Source of the DNA: Actinomycetota bacterium
GTDB lineage: Bacteria > Actinomycetota > Acidimicrobiia > Acidimicrobiales > RAAP-2
NCBI GenBank assembly: GCA_021324355.1
Contig: JAJPJD010000021.1
Location: forward strand, 35,969 to 99,968
Reading direction: 5' to 3'
Length of the DNA stretch: 64,000 bases
Shown here: positions 46,979-56,848 of the stretch, in pieces
Layout of the letters: every line of letters begins with the position of its first letter
Position numbering within the stretch: position 1 is the stretch's first letter
Translations under genes and position numbers: made by a program
Notes under the pieces: model-generated
What the model was told of the DNA's origin: nothing
Database searches by the model: none
The model's input: the letters and a program-made list of their open reading frames with translations, nothing else

Positions 46979-47950
46979 TCAGCGGAGCTGGCTGCGCACC
47001 AGCGCCAGGTCGGCCTCCACCATCATCTCGACCAGGGACGGGAAGTCCACCTCCCGCTTCCAGCCCAGCTCCTCGATTGCCCGCTTCGGGTCGCCCACCA
47101 GCAGGTCGACCTCGGCCGGCCGCTTGAAGCGGTCGTCCACCACCACGTGGTCCTCCCAGTTGAGACCGGCCACGCTGAAGGCGAGCTCGCACAGCTCGCG
47201 CACCGAATGGGTCTCGCCCGAGGCGACCACGTAGTCGCTCGGGGTGTCCTGTTGGACCATGAGCACCATCGCTCGCACGTAGTCGCCGGCGAAGCCCCAG
47301 TCCCGCTGGCTGTCCAGGTTGCCCAGGTGCAAGGTGGTGTCGAGCCCGTGCTTGATCCGGGCCACGCCGTAGGAGATCTTGCGGGGGGCGAACTCGAGCC
47401 CCCGGCGCGGCGACTCGTGGTTGAACAGGATCCCCGAGGTTGCGTGCAGCCCGTAGCTCTCCCGGTAGTTGACCGTGATCCAGTGGCCGTAGACCTTCGC
47501 CACCCCGTAGGGGCTCCTCGGGTAAAAGGGTGTGGTCTCCCGCTGCGGGACCTCGAGAACCTTGCCGAACATCTCCGAGCTGGACGCCTGGTAGAAGCGG
47601 ATCGACGGATCGACGATCCTGATCGCGTCGAGCATCCTGGTCACCGCCAGGGCGGTGGTCTCCCCGGTGAGCACCGGCTGGCTCCAGGAGGTCTGCACGA
47701 AGGACTGGGCGGCCAGGTTGTAGACCTCCTGGGGTCGGAACTCGCTCAGCATGGTGATGAGCGAGGCCTGGTCCAGCAGGTCGCCGCCGACGATGGTGAT
47801 CTTGTCCTGGATGTGCGCGATCCGCTCGAAGGACACCGTGCTCGAGCGCCGCACCATCCCGATGACTTCGTAGCCCTGCTCGAGCAGGAGCTCGGCCAGG
47901 TAGGACCCGTCCTGGCCGGTGACGCCGGTGATCAGCGCACGTCGTGCCAC
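46979..47950 (-). CDS. gmd: GDP-mannose 4,6-dehydratase
   Basis: ALITGVTGQDGSYLAELLL, SSSEMFG, and YGVAKVYGHW (YxxxK). Confidence 0.92.
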   Translation of the reverse strand: MARRALITGVTGQDGSYLAELLLEQGYEVIGMVRRSSTVSFERIAHIQDKITIVGGDLLDQASLITMLSEFRPQEVYNLAAQSFVQTSWSQPVLTGETTALAVTRMLDAIRIVDPSIRFYQASSSEMFGKVLEVPQRETTPFYPRSPYGVAKVYGHWITVNYRESYGLHATSGILFNHESPRRGLEFAPRKISYGVARIKHGLDTTLHLGNLDSQRDWGFAGDYVRAMVLMVQQDTPSDYVVASGETHSVRELCELAFSVAGLNWEDHVVVDDRFKRPAEVDLLVGDPKRAIEELGWKREVDFPSLVEMMVEADLALVRSQLR

Positions 47951-48017
47951 GGGCCAAACGCTACCCGACGGCCTCCCGCCTTCCGGCGGCCACCACTGGC
48001 GCGCCTACAGTGCCGCC

Positions 48018-49040
48018 GTGCCCACCGCGGTGGTGGTCTCGTTCCGCCTGGGCGGCACCGACGGTGTCTCGATCGAGTCGGCCAAGTGGTGCCGTGCCCT
48101 GGCCCAGCTTGGCCTGCGGGTGCGCACGGTCGCCGGAGAGGGCCCGGTCGACACCGAGGTCCCGGGTCTGGCCATCGGGGCCGAGGACGGCCCGGACCCC
48201 GAGGCGCTGCGCCGAGCCCTCGACCCGGCCGACGTCGTGGTGGTGGAGAACCTGTGCTCCCTGCCGCTCAACCGTGCCGCCGCCGAGCAGGTGGCCGCCG
48301 CCTGCCGGGGCCGGCCGGCGATCCTCCACCACCACGACCTGGCCTGGCAGCGGCCCGGCCTCGGGGCCCAGCCGCCGCCGGACGACCCCGCCTGGCGGCA
48401 CGTGACCATCAACCAGCTGAGCCAGCGCCAGCTGGCCGAGCGCGGCATCGAGGCGGTGACCATCTACAACCGGTTCGACACCGCCGCCCGCCCTGGTCGG
48501 CGCGACGCCACCCGCGCCGCGCTCGGCTTGGGGCGAGACGATCTGCTGTTCGTCCAGCCGACCCGGGCGCTGCCCCGCAAGAACGTCGGCGCGTCGCTCG
48601 CCCTGGCCGAAGCGCTGGGGGCGACCTTCTGGCTCCTCGGGCCGGCCGAGGACGGCTACGGGCCCGAGCTCTCGGCCCTTGTGGCCCGCAGCCGCTGCCC
48701 CGTCATCCTCGGGCGGCGGGGAACCGCCGCCGACGCCTACGCGGCCAGCGACGCCGTCTTGCTGCCATCGACCTGGGAAGGGTTTGGCAACCCGGCACTC
48801 GAGTCGGCGGTGCACCGCCGGCCGCTCGCCATTGGCGACTACCCGGTCGCCCGCGAGCTGGCCGCGTTCGGGTTCTCGTGGCTGCCGGCCGACGACCCCG
48901 GCCCGCTGGCCGACTGGCTCGACCGTCCAGATCCGGCGGTGCTGGAGCGCAACTGGCGGGTGGCAGACACCCACTTCTCGCTGCGCGACCTGCCCGCGCA
49001 GCTGGCTCCGGTGCTCGAGAGTCTGGGAATCCGGCCCTGA
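48018..49040 (+). CDS. Glycosyltransferase family 4 (GT-B, E-x7-E)
   Basis: C-terminal LLPSTWEGFGNPALES. GTG at 48018 chosen; the track start at 47919 overlaps gmd. Confidence 0.72.
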   Translation: MPTAVVVSFRLGGTDGVSIESAKWCRALAQLGLRVRTVAGEGPVDTEVPGLAIGAEDGPDPEALRRALDPADVVVVENLCSLPLNRAAAEQVAAACRGRPAILHHHDLAWQRPGLGAQPPPDDPAWRHVTINQLSQRQLAERGIEAVTIYNRFDTAARPGRRDATRAALGLGRDDLLFVQPTRALPRKNVGASLALAEALGATFWLLGPAEDGYGPELSALVARSRCPVILGRRGTAADAYAASDAVLLPSTWEGFGNPALESAVHRRPLAIGDYPVARELAAFGFSWLPADDPGPLADWLDRPDPAVLERNWRVADTHFSLRDLPAQLAPVLESLGIRP

Positions 49041-49124
49041 CTCGGCGCCACCGCTGTTGACACCTGGGAGATGCGTGCGCCACCGGCCACGATCGGGGAA
49101 CTAGCCTGGTAGCGGGCGAAGATC

Positions 49125-49763
49125 ATGGGCACCGACACCGCCACGCCGCCCTCGGGGAGGGCCCGCCCGAGACGGCTCGGGGCGACCGAGCGGCGCGAGC
49201 AGCTCGTGCTCACCGCGCTGCGCCTCTTCGGCGAGCGCGGCTATCGGGCGACCACCATGGAGGACATCGCCCATGCCGCCGGGGTGACCAAGCCCCTCTT
49301 GTACCAACACTTCGCCTCCAAGCGCGCCCTGTACTTGGAGCTGGTGCAAGAGGTATCGGCCGAGCTGCTGGCTGCCCTGCGCGCCGCCCACGCCCGGGCG
49401 ACGTCCCGACGGGAACTGGTCGAGAACGGGTACCGCGCCTACTTCGAGACCATCGTGCACCACGCCGAAGCGTTCCGGCTCCTGTTCGGGCGCCACGCCC
49501 CGGACGACCCCGAGCTGCTCGGCGCAGTGCGCGCGGTCGAGCGGGAGGTGCTCGAAGTGGTGGCGTCGAGGATCCCCGAGGAGCTGGGCGACGATCACCG
49601 GCGGCTGCTGGCGTACGCCCTCATCGGCTTGGCCGAGGGGGGCGCTCGCTACTGGGTGGACTCGGCCCGAAAAGGCGCGAGCAGCGCCGAAGACGTCGAG
49701 GTCCTGGCCGGCCGGATCTCGGCGATGGCCTGGGGCGGGCTGCGGAGCATCGAGATCGGCTGA
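49125..49763 (+). CDS. TetR family transcriptional regulator
   Basis: RREQLVLTALRLFGERGYRATTMEDIAHAAGVTKPLLYQHFASKRALY. Confidence 0.88.
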   Translation: MGTDTATPPSGRARPRRLGATERREQLVLTALRLFGERGYRATTMEDIAHAAGVTKPLLYQHFASKRALYLELVQEVSAELLAALRAAHARATSRRELVENGYRAYFETIVHHAEAFRLLFGRHAPDDPELLGAVRAVEREVLEVVASRIPEELGDDHRRLLAYALIGLAEGGARYWVDSARKGASSAEDVEVLAGRISAMAWGGLRSIEIG

Positions 49764-49784
49764 GCGGACCGCGACCGGGCAACC

Positions 49785-50333
49785 TCACAACAGGCGGGCC
49801 AGCCGCTCAGTGAGCGACCACAGCTCCTGCGCGCACGCCACGTAGACCTCGACGTCGCCCCCGGCCGGATCGGCCACGTCCTCGGAGGGGTCGAGTGGAA
49901 GCTCTGCCAGCCCGAGTCGCTCGACGCGCGAGCTCAACGAGCCGTCGGCTGGCTCGAGCACCGTGCACAGCCGCCGGATGGTCGCGCACCGGTTCGCCGC
50001 CTCGGGATGGTGGCGTCGCACGAAGCGCACGTGGTCGGCCTCCATCGCCACGATCAGGTCTGCCTCCGCCACCTCGGTCGGGCCGAGCTGGGTGCTGCGG
50101 TGGCGTGCCACTGCCAACTCGCCCAGTTCGGGGATCGACGCCAGCGCGGCCCGGGTGCGCATCCCCATCGGCTGGCCCTCGACCACGTGCGTCCCGGCGC
50201 TGGCCACCTGGAGCGGGAGGCCAAGACGTCGCCCCCAGTGCTCGAGCATGTAGGCCGCCATGACCGACCGAGCGGCGTTGCCGGTGCACACCGTGACCAG
50301 GCGCGCCGGCGGCGCGTCGACCGTGCCGCTCAT
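49785..50333 (-). CDS. Low-molecular-weight protein-tyrosine phosphatase / ArsC-like
   Basis: CX5R(S) loop VCTGNAARS and a DP motif (VADPAGG). Confidence 0.82.
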   Translation of the reverse strand: MSGTVDAPPARLVTVCTGNAARSVMAAYMLEHWGRRLGLPLQVASAGTHVVEGQPMGMRTRAALASIPELGELAVARHRSTQLGPTEVAEADLIVAMEADHVRFVRRHHPEAANRCATIRRLCTVLEPADGSLSSRVERLGLAELPLDPSEDVADPAGGDVEVYVACAQELWSLTERLARLL

Positions 50334-50745
50334 CTCGACCGCGGCCTCGAGCGCACGTCGACCATCACGAGACCTCCGAGGGTGTCATCCAAGAACGTTC
50401 GGGTGCGGCCGATGGGTCGGGCCGCTCGGCCACCGGGCGCGGCATGGGAGGTCGCGACCGGCCGCCGAGCCCGGTGCCAGTCGCTTCGATCAGCCGCAGC
50501 CGGCAAAGGACCACAGCGTCGACGTGGCACGGGCACTCTGGGTCAGGCTACCCGGCGAGGAGTGCTCCGCTCGTCCATCGGCACCGGCAACCGGGCGCGC
50601 CGTCACGCGCCGTCCTCCGCTTCGACCCTCTCCTTCGACGCGGCCCACCGCGGGTCCAGTGCTCGACGTCGGTCGACCGCGAGCGTTGGCGACCACGGGT
50701 CGGCAGCGATCGCAGGGGTACCGGCGAGGCCGCGCTCCTCGAGCG

Positions 50746-52655
<1,910 letters not shown>

Positions 52656-53161
52656 GCCTGTGAGTCTCGCGCATCTTCGACCCGGACCCGCCGGCGCGTG
52701 ATCGACCCTGCACCGGGGACCCCGGCCAGCGAGGCCAGCAGCCCGTTCGGCGAACCGCTGGCCGGCTCCCGCGCCTGGTGGCATTCGCCCTCGGGCTCTG
52801 GTTCGGGGCGTACCGGGAACCGGCCCAGCACCTGACCACAGAGCGATTCCGAGCCTGGACACCGCAGCGGCCCGTCGCTGGCCTTCCGGGCCCGGTTCAG
52901 GGCGCGACGGAGTGCAGGACCTGCGGATCGGAGAACCGACAGAGCCTGTCGAAGTCGTCACGGTCCAGCCCGTCGGCTGCAGACGCTTGGCGCCCGGTGT
53001 CGTCGGTCAACGAACGTCAGCGAACTGCGGATCGCCAGAGACCACGCCACTGGTGGAGCCGAAACGCCGAACCGCCCTGGGAGTCAGCTGCCCCAACCGG
53101 TGCCTCCAGATCCTTCGGGCATCAATCCCGGCCGCAGGTGGCCAGCAACTCGACAGCTGCC

Positions 53162-53614
53162 CTACCAGCCTTCGGTTCCACCCCAATCCCAGCGAGGCAG
53201 CGGAAGGTCGTTCGGCACCTCCTCAGGCGAAGCCCATCGGTGATTCAACAGTGCAGTGGCCCAAGTGAACCAGGCGATCAGCTCGAACCGAAGGCGCGGG
53301 TCAGTGGGGATCTTGGCGTCGTCGAGGGCGAGCACGAACGAGGCCACTGCCCGACCGTCCATCTGTTCGTGCGGCCCGTTTCCGCTGTGGCGCCGCACGA
53401 CCGAGGAATAGTCGCCGATCGACTCGGTATAGGTGGTTGGTCCGCCGAGTTGCTCGGACCAGTAGGCAGCGAGCCGCTCGGTGTGCTGCGGGTGGATCTC
53501 TCCCTCGAACGGATGAGCCAGGATCGGATCGGCCAGGCAACGGCGGTGCCATGCTTCAGCCAGGGCCAGCAGCGCCTCGGCTCCGCCCATCGCCTCGTAG
53601 ATCGTCTGTGCCAC
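53162..53614 (-). CDS. Group II truncated hemoglobin-like protein
   Basis: IYEAMGGAEALLALAEAWHRRCLADPIL, AAYWSEQLGGPTTYTE, and VVRRH (proximal His context). Confidence 0.72.
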   Translation of the reverse strand: MAQTIYEAMGGAEALLALAEAWHRRCLADPILAHPFEGEIHPQHTERLAAYWSEQLGGPTTYTESIGDYSSVVRRHSGNGPHEQMDGRAVASFVLALDDAKIPTDPRLRFELIAWFTWATALLNHRWASPEEVPNDLPLPRWDWGGTEGW

Positions 53615-53722
53615 CGGCGTGATCGTAGGTGAGCTCCCCGGACGGCGAGCGGTGCGTGCAGAACCGAGCCCCGCGGCCGGTTGGCGTCGCAGTTGCCGCC
53701 GGGCTCGGCAACCGCTCGGGCG

Positions 53723-54946
53723 CTAGTTGATGTGCCGGCCTGAGATGGCCCGGCTGATGATGAGTCGCTGGATCTCCGAGGTCCCCTCGAAGATCGTGTA
53801 GATCTTCGAGTCCCGGTACCACCGCTCGACCGGCGCGTCGCGGACGTAGCCGGCGCCGCCCAGGATCTGCACCGCGCGTTCAGCCACCCACACTGCGACT
53901 TCGCTCGCAAACAGCTTCGACTGGGACCCCTCGGCGGCCGCGAATCGCTGTCCGGTACGCCCCATCCACGCCGCTCGCCACACCAAGAGGCGGGCTGCGT
54001 CGAGTCGCGTCTTCATGTCGGCCAGGGTGAACGCGATGGCTTGGTTCTCGATGATCGGCCGGCCGAACTGGACCCGATCCTTGGCGTACTCGAGCGCGTA
54101 CTCGTAAGCGGCTCGAGCGATCCCGACCGCCTGGGCGCCGATGTATGGCCGGCTGGCCTCGAACGTGGTCATCGCGGCCTGGGTCCGGGTCGGTTCGCCC
54201 GAGCGAGCCCGAGCCAGCCGGGCGTCGAGCCGCTCCTTGCCCCCGAGAAGGCACGACCCGGGTACCCGGCAGTCGTCCAGGAGCACCTCGGCGGTGTGGG
54301 AAGCCCGAATCCCGAGCTTCTGAAACTTGCGGCCCTGGCTCAGGCCGGGGGTGCCCTCGGGGACCACGAAACTGGCATGCCCGCGTGAGCCGAGCTCTGG
54401 ATCAACCTGGGCCACCACGACGTGGAGGTTGGCCAGCCCGCCGTTGGTGATCCAGGTCTTGGTGCCGTTCAGCACCCACTCGTCCTTGGCCTCGTCGTAG
54501 CGGGCGGTGGTGCGCAGCGAGGAGACGTCGGAGCCGGCGTTGGGCTCGGACACCGCGAACGCGGCCAGCTTCAGGTCTCCCGGGGTGCCGTAGCACTGGG
54601 GGAGCCACTCCGCCCGCTGCTCGTCGGTGCCGCTGGCGAAGATCGCCGAGACCGCGAGTCCCGACCCCAAGATGGCCAGCGCGATGCCGGCGTCGCCCCA
54701 GGCCAGCTCCTCCGAGGCCATGGCCAGGGTGAGACCGGTGCCGTCGGCAAACGCGTTGGCGGTGAAGTCCAAGCTATAGAGGCCGATCCGGGCCGCCTCT
54801 TCCAGGATCGGCCAGGGCGTCTCCTCCCGCTCGTCCCACTCGCGCCCGGCCGGCCGGACGACCCGCTCGGCGAACTCGTGAACCCAGCGGGCCACCTCCA
54901 GCTGCTCCTCGCTCGGGGCGAGTGAGAACGGGTGTGCAGCAGCCAC
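53723..54946 (-). CDS. Acyl-CoA dehydrogenase
   Basis: VSEPNAGSD, and C-terminal KIYTIFEGTSEIQRLIISRAI. GTG start after GAGGAGGAGG. Confidence 0.9.
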   Translation of the reverse strand: MAAAHPFSLAPSEEQLEVARWVHEFAERVVRPAGREWDEREETPWPILEEAARIGLYSLDFTANAFADGTGLTLAMASEELAWGDAGIALAILGSGLAVSAIFASGTDEQRAEWLPQCYGTPGDLKLAAFAVSEPNAGSDVSSLRTTARYDEAKDEWVLNGTKTWITNGGLANLHVVVAQVDPELGSRGHASFVVPEGTPGLSQGRKFQKLGIRASHTAEVLLDDCRVPGSCLLGGKERLDARLARARSGEPTRTQAAMTTFEASRPYIGAQAVGIARAAYEYALEYAKDRVQFGRPIIENQAIAFTLADMKTRLDAARLLVWRAAWMGRTGQRFAAAEGSQSKLFASEVAVWVAERAVQILGGAGYVRDAPVERWYRDSKIYTIFEGTSEIQRLIISRAISGRHIN

Positions 54947-55047
54947 CGGCCTCCTCCTCGGATGCCGCCGCCACCGGCGGCAGGACGGGTACCGCTACAA
55001 CTTACCAGCCGGTAACCGCCTGCTGGTGGCTGCCGCGCCGGCGGCGC

Positions 55048-55254
55048 TCAGCCGACCGGCCGCACCGCCTTGGCCATGAGCCCCTTGGGGCCCTCCTCGA
55101 CGTCGAACTCGACCGGCTGGCCCTCTTCGAGGACCCGGTACCCGCTCATCTGGATGGCCGTGTGATGGACGAAGACGTCGGCCCCGCCGTCGGGCTGGGA
55201 GATGAAGCCGTAGCCCTTCTCCGAGTTGAACCACTTCACTGTTCCGGATGCCAC
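55048..55254 (-). CDS. cspA: Cold-shock protein (CspA family)
   Basis: [15 protein letters not shown] (RNP1) and DVFVHH (RNP2). GTG at 55254 lies 9 nt after AGGAGG. The track ORF start is further upstream. Confidence 0.9.
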   Translation of the reverse strand: MASGTVKWFNSEKGYGFISQPDGGADVFVHHTAIQMSGYRVLEEGQPVEFDVEEGPKGLMAKAVRPVG

Positions 55255-55386
55255 CGCGGCAACCCTCCTATTGCTTCGAGGCATTGCCAAGGCAACACCG
55301 CTGCTCACTCCGGGCACGTCCGACGCGCCCCGGTGCCGGCCGGGGACCCGCCCGGCACCGCGCGGCAACCTAGCAGGGACCGGGGC

Positions 55387-56826
55387 TCAGCGGGCGAACG
55401 ACGGGTCCTCGCCGCTCGAGGCCGGGCCCTGGCGTGACAGCGTGGTGCCCCGCGGGGTGTCCTCGACCCGCCACCCCAGGGCCACGAGCTCTCGGCGGAT
55501 GGCGTCGGAGCGCTCGTAGTCTCCGGCGGCGCGCGCTGCGTCCCGCTCGTGGGCCAGGTCCCGGGCGTGCTGGTCCAGCGGGTGGGCCGCTGCGCCCCGC
55601 AGCGGGAGACCCAGGACGCCGCAGAGCCGGGCGGCGGTCCGAGCCAGGGCCGCGCCGCCGCGGTGGTCGCCTTGGTCGGCCAGCGCATTGGCCCGCCCGA
55701 TCGCGTCGAAGATCCCGGCCAGCGCGCCCGGGCTGTCCAGGTCGTCGTCCATCCGCTCGAAGAACCGGGCCACCTCCGCCTCGACCAGCCCGTCGGCCTC
55801 GAGCGCCGCCCGGGGAAGCGCCGAGGCCTCCAGGTCGAGGTCCTCGTCCAAGTCGAACCGCCGCGCCAGCGCGTCCAGCCGCTCCAGGCCCCGCTGGGCG
55901 TCTTCGACCGACGCCGCGCTCACCTCGATCGGAGAGCGGTACTGGGAGCGCAGGACGAGCAGCCGGTAGGCGCGCGGGTCGGCTCGCTCCAGGAGCTCCT
56001 CGATGGTCACGAAGTTCCCGAGCGACTTGGACATCTTCTCGCTGCCCACCATGACCCGACCGTTGTGCACCCAGTGGCGAGCGAACCGCCGCCCGAGGGC
56101 CACCGCCTGGGCCCGTTCGTTCTCATGGTGGGGAAAGGTGAGGTCGATGCCGCCGCCGTGGAGGTCGAAGTCCTCGCCCAGCAGGTCGAGCGACATGGCC
56201 ACGCATTCGGTGTGCCAGCCGGGGCGGCCCGGGCCGAATGGGGACTCCCAGGTCGGCTCGCTCGGTCGGGCCCGCTTCCACAGGTCGAAGTCGAGCGGCG
56301 AGCGCTTCTCGGGGTCGGCGTCGACCCGGGCACCCGGCCGCAGCGAGTCGAGCGGTTGGTGGGCGAGCAGGCCGTACCCGGGGACCCGCCGGACGTCGAG
56401 GTAGACGCCACGCGAGGTCTGGTAGGCGACGCCCGAGCGGACCAGCTCGGCCACCAGCTCCACCATCTTGGCGACGTAGTCGGTGGCGTGGGGCGTGTCG
56501 TCGGGCCGGAGCACTCCCAGCGCGTCGGTCGCCCGCCACCAGCTGGCCTCGAACTCCCGGGCGACCTCGGCCTCGGTCCGGCCCTCCCGTTCGGCCCGAG
56601 CGATGATCTTGTCGTCGACGTCGGTGACGTTGGAGACGAACCGCACCGAGAGCCCGCTGGCAACCAGGTAGCGGCGGAGGATGTCGAAGACCAGCGCCAT
56701 CCGGCCATGCCCGATGTGGGGCAGGTCCGAGACCGTGACCCCGCAGACGTACATCGACACCGACCCCGGGTCGCGCAGCTCGAGGGGCCGGACCTCGCGG
56801 CTGGCCGTGTCGAAGAGGCGGAGCAC
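55387..56826 (-). CDS. cysS: Cysteine--tRNA ligase
   Basis: MYVCGVTVSDLPHIGHGR and KMSKSLGN. GTG at 56826 (VLRLFDTASRE) preferred. The ATG at 56850 would overlap the valS ATG in a CATG palindrome. Confidence 0.9.
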   Translation of the reverse strand: MLRLFDTASREVRPLELRDPGSVSMYVCGVTVSDLPHIGHGRMALVFDILRRYLVASGLSVRFVSNVTDVDDKIIARAEREGRTEAEVAREFEASWWRATDALGVLRPDDTPHATDYVAKMVELVAELVRSGVAYQTSRGVYLDVRRVPGYGLLAHQPLDSLRPGARVDADPEKRSPLDFDLWKRARPSEPTWESPFGPGRPGWHTECVAMSLDLLGEDFDLHGGGIDLTFPHHENERAQAVALGRRFARHWVHNGRVMVGSEKMSKSLGNFVTIEELLERADPRAYRLLVLRSQYRSPIEVSAASVEDAQRGLERLDALARRFDLDEDLDLEASALPRAALEADGLVEAEVARFFERMDDDLDSPGALAGIFDAIGRANALADQGDHRGGAALARTAARLCGVLGLPLRGAAAHPLDQHARDLAHERDAARAAGDYERSDAIRRELVALGWRVEDTPRGTTLSRQGPASSGEDPSFAR

Positions 56827-56848
56827 CCCAGGTACGGTAACCCCGATC

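Noticed and set aside
50334-50745. tmRNA or RNase P RNA in the 412-nt gap (its size suggested these)
   Set aside because: On either strand I could not find the tRNA-like GGTTCGAnTCC T-loop plus ACCA end, or a GGGGCTG 5' end, as expected for tmRNA. I also could not find GAGGAAAGTCC or ACAGAACCCGGCTTA-type boxes as expected for RNase P. The region is left as unassigned rather than called.
52897-53010. 37-codon minus-strand ORF (TTG)TDDTGRQASAADGLDRDDFDRLCRFSDPQVLHSVAP with high GC3
   Set aside because: It has a TTG start without an SD and no recognisable family, and it is too short to separate from chance in a GC-rich genome. It is mentioned only inside the unassigned-region finding.
55002-55015. 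TTACC-agcc-GGTAA palindrome upstream of the acyl-CoA dehydrogenase gene as a TetR/FadR-type operator
   Set aside because: It has only 5-bp arms and also lies in the csp 3' region, where it could simply be part of a terminator-like fold. The evidence is insufficient to call a site.
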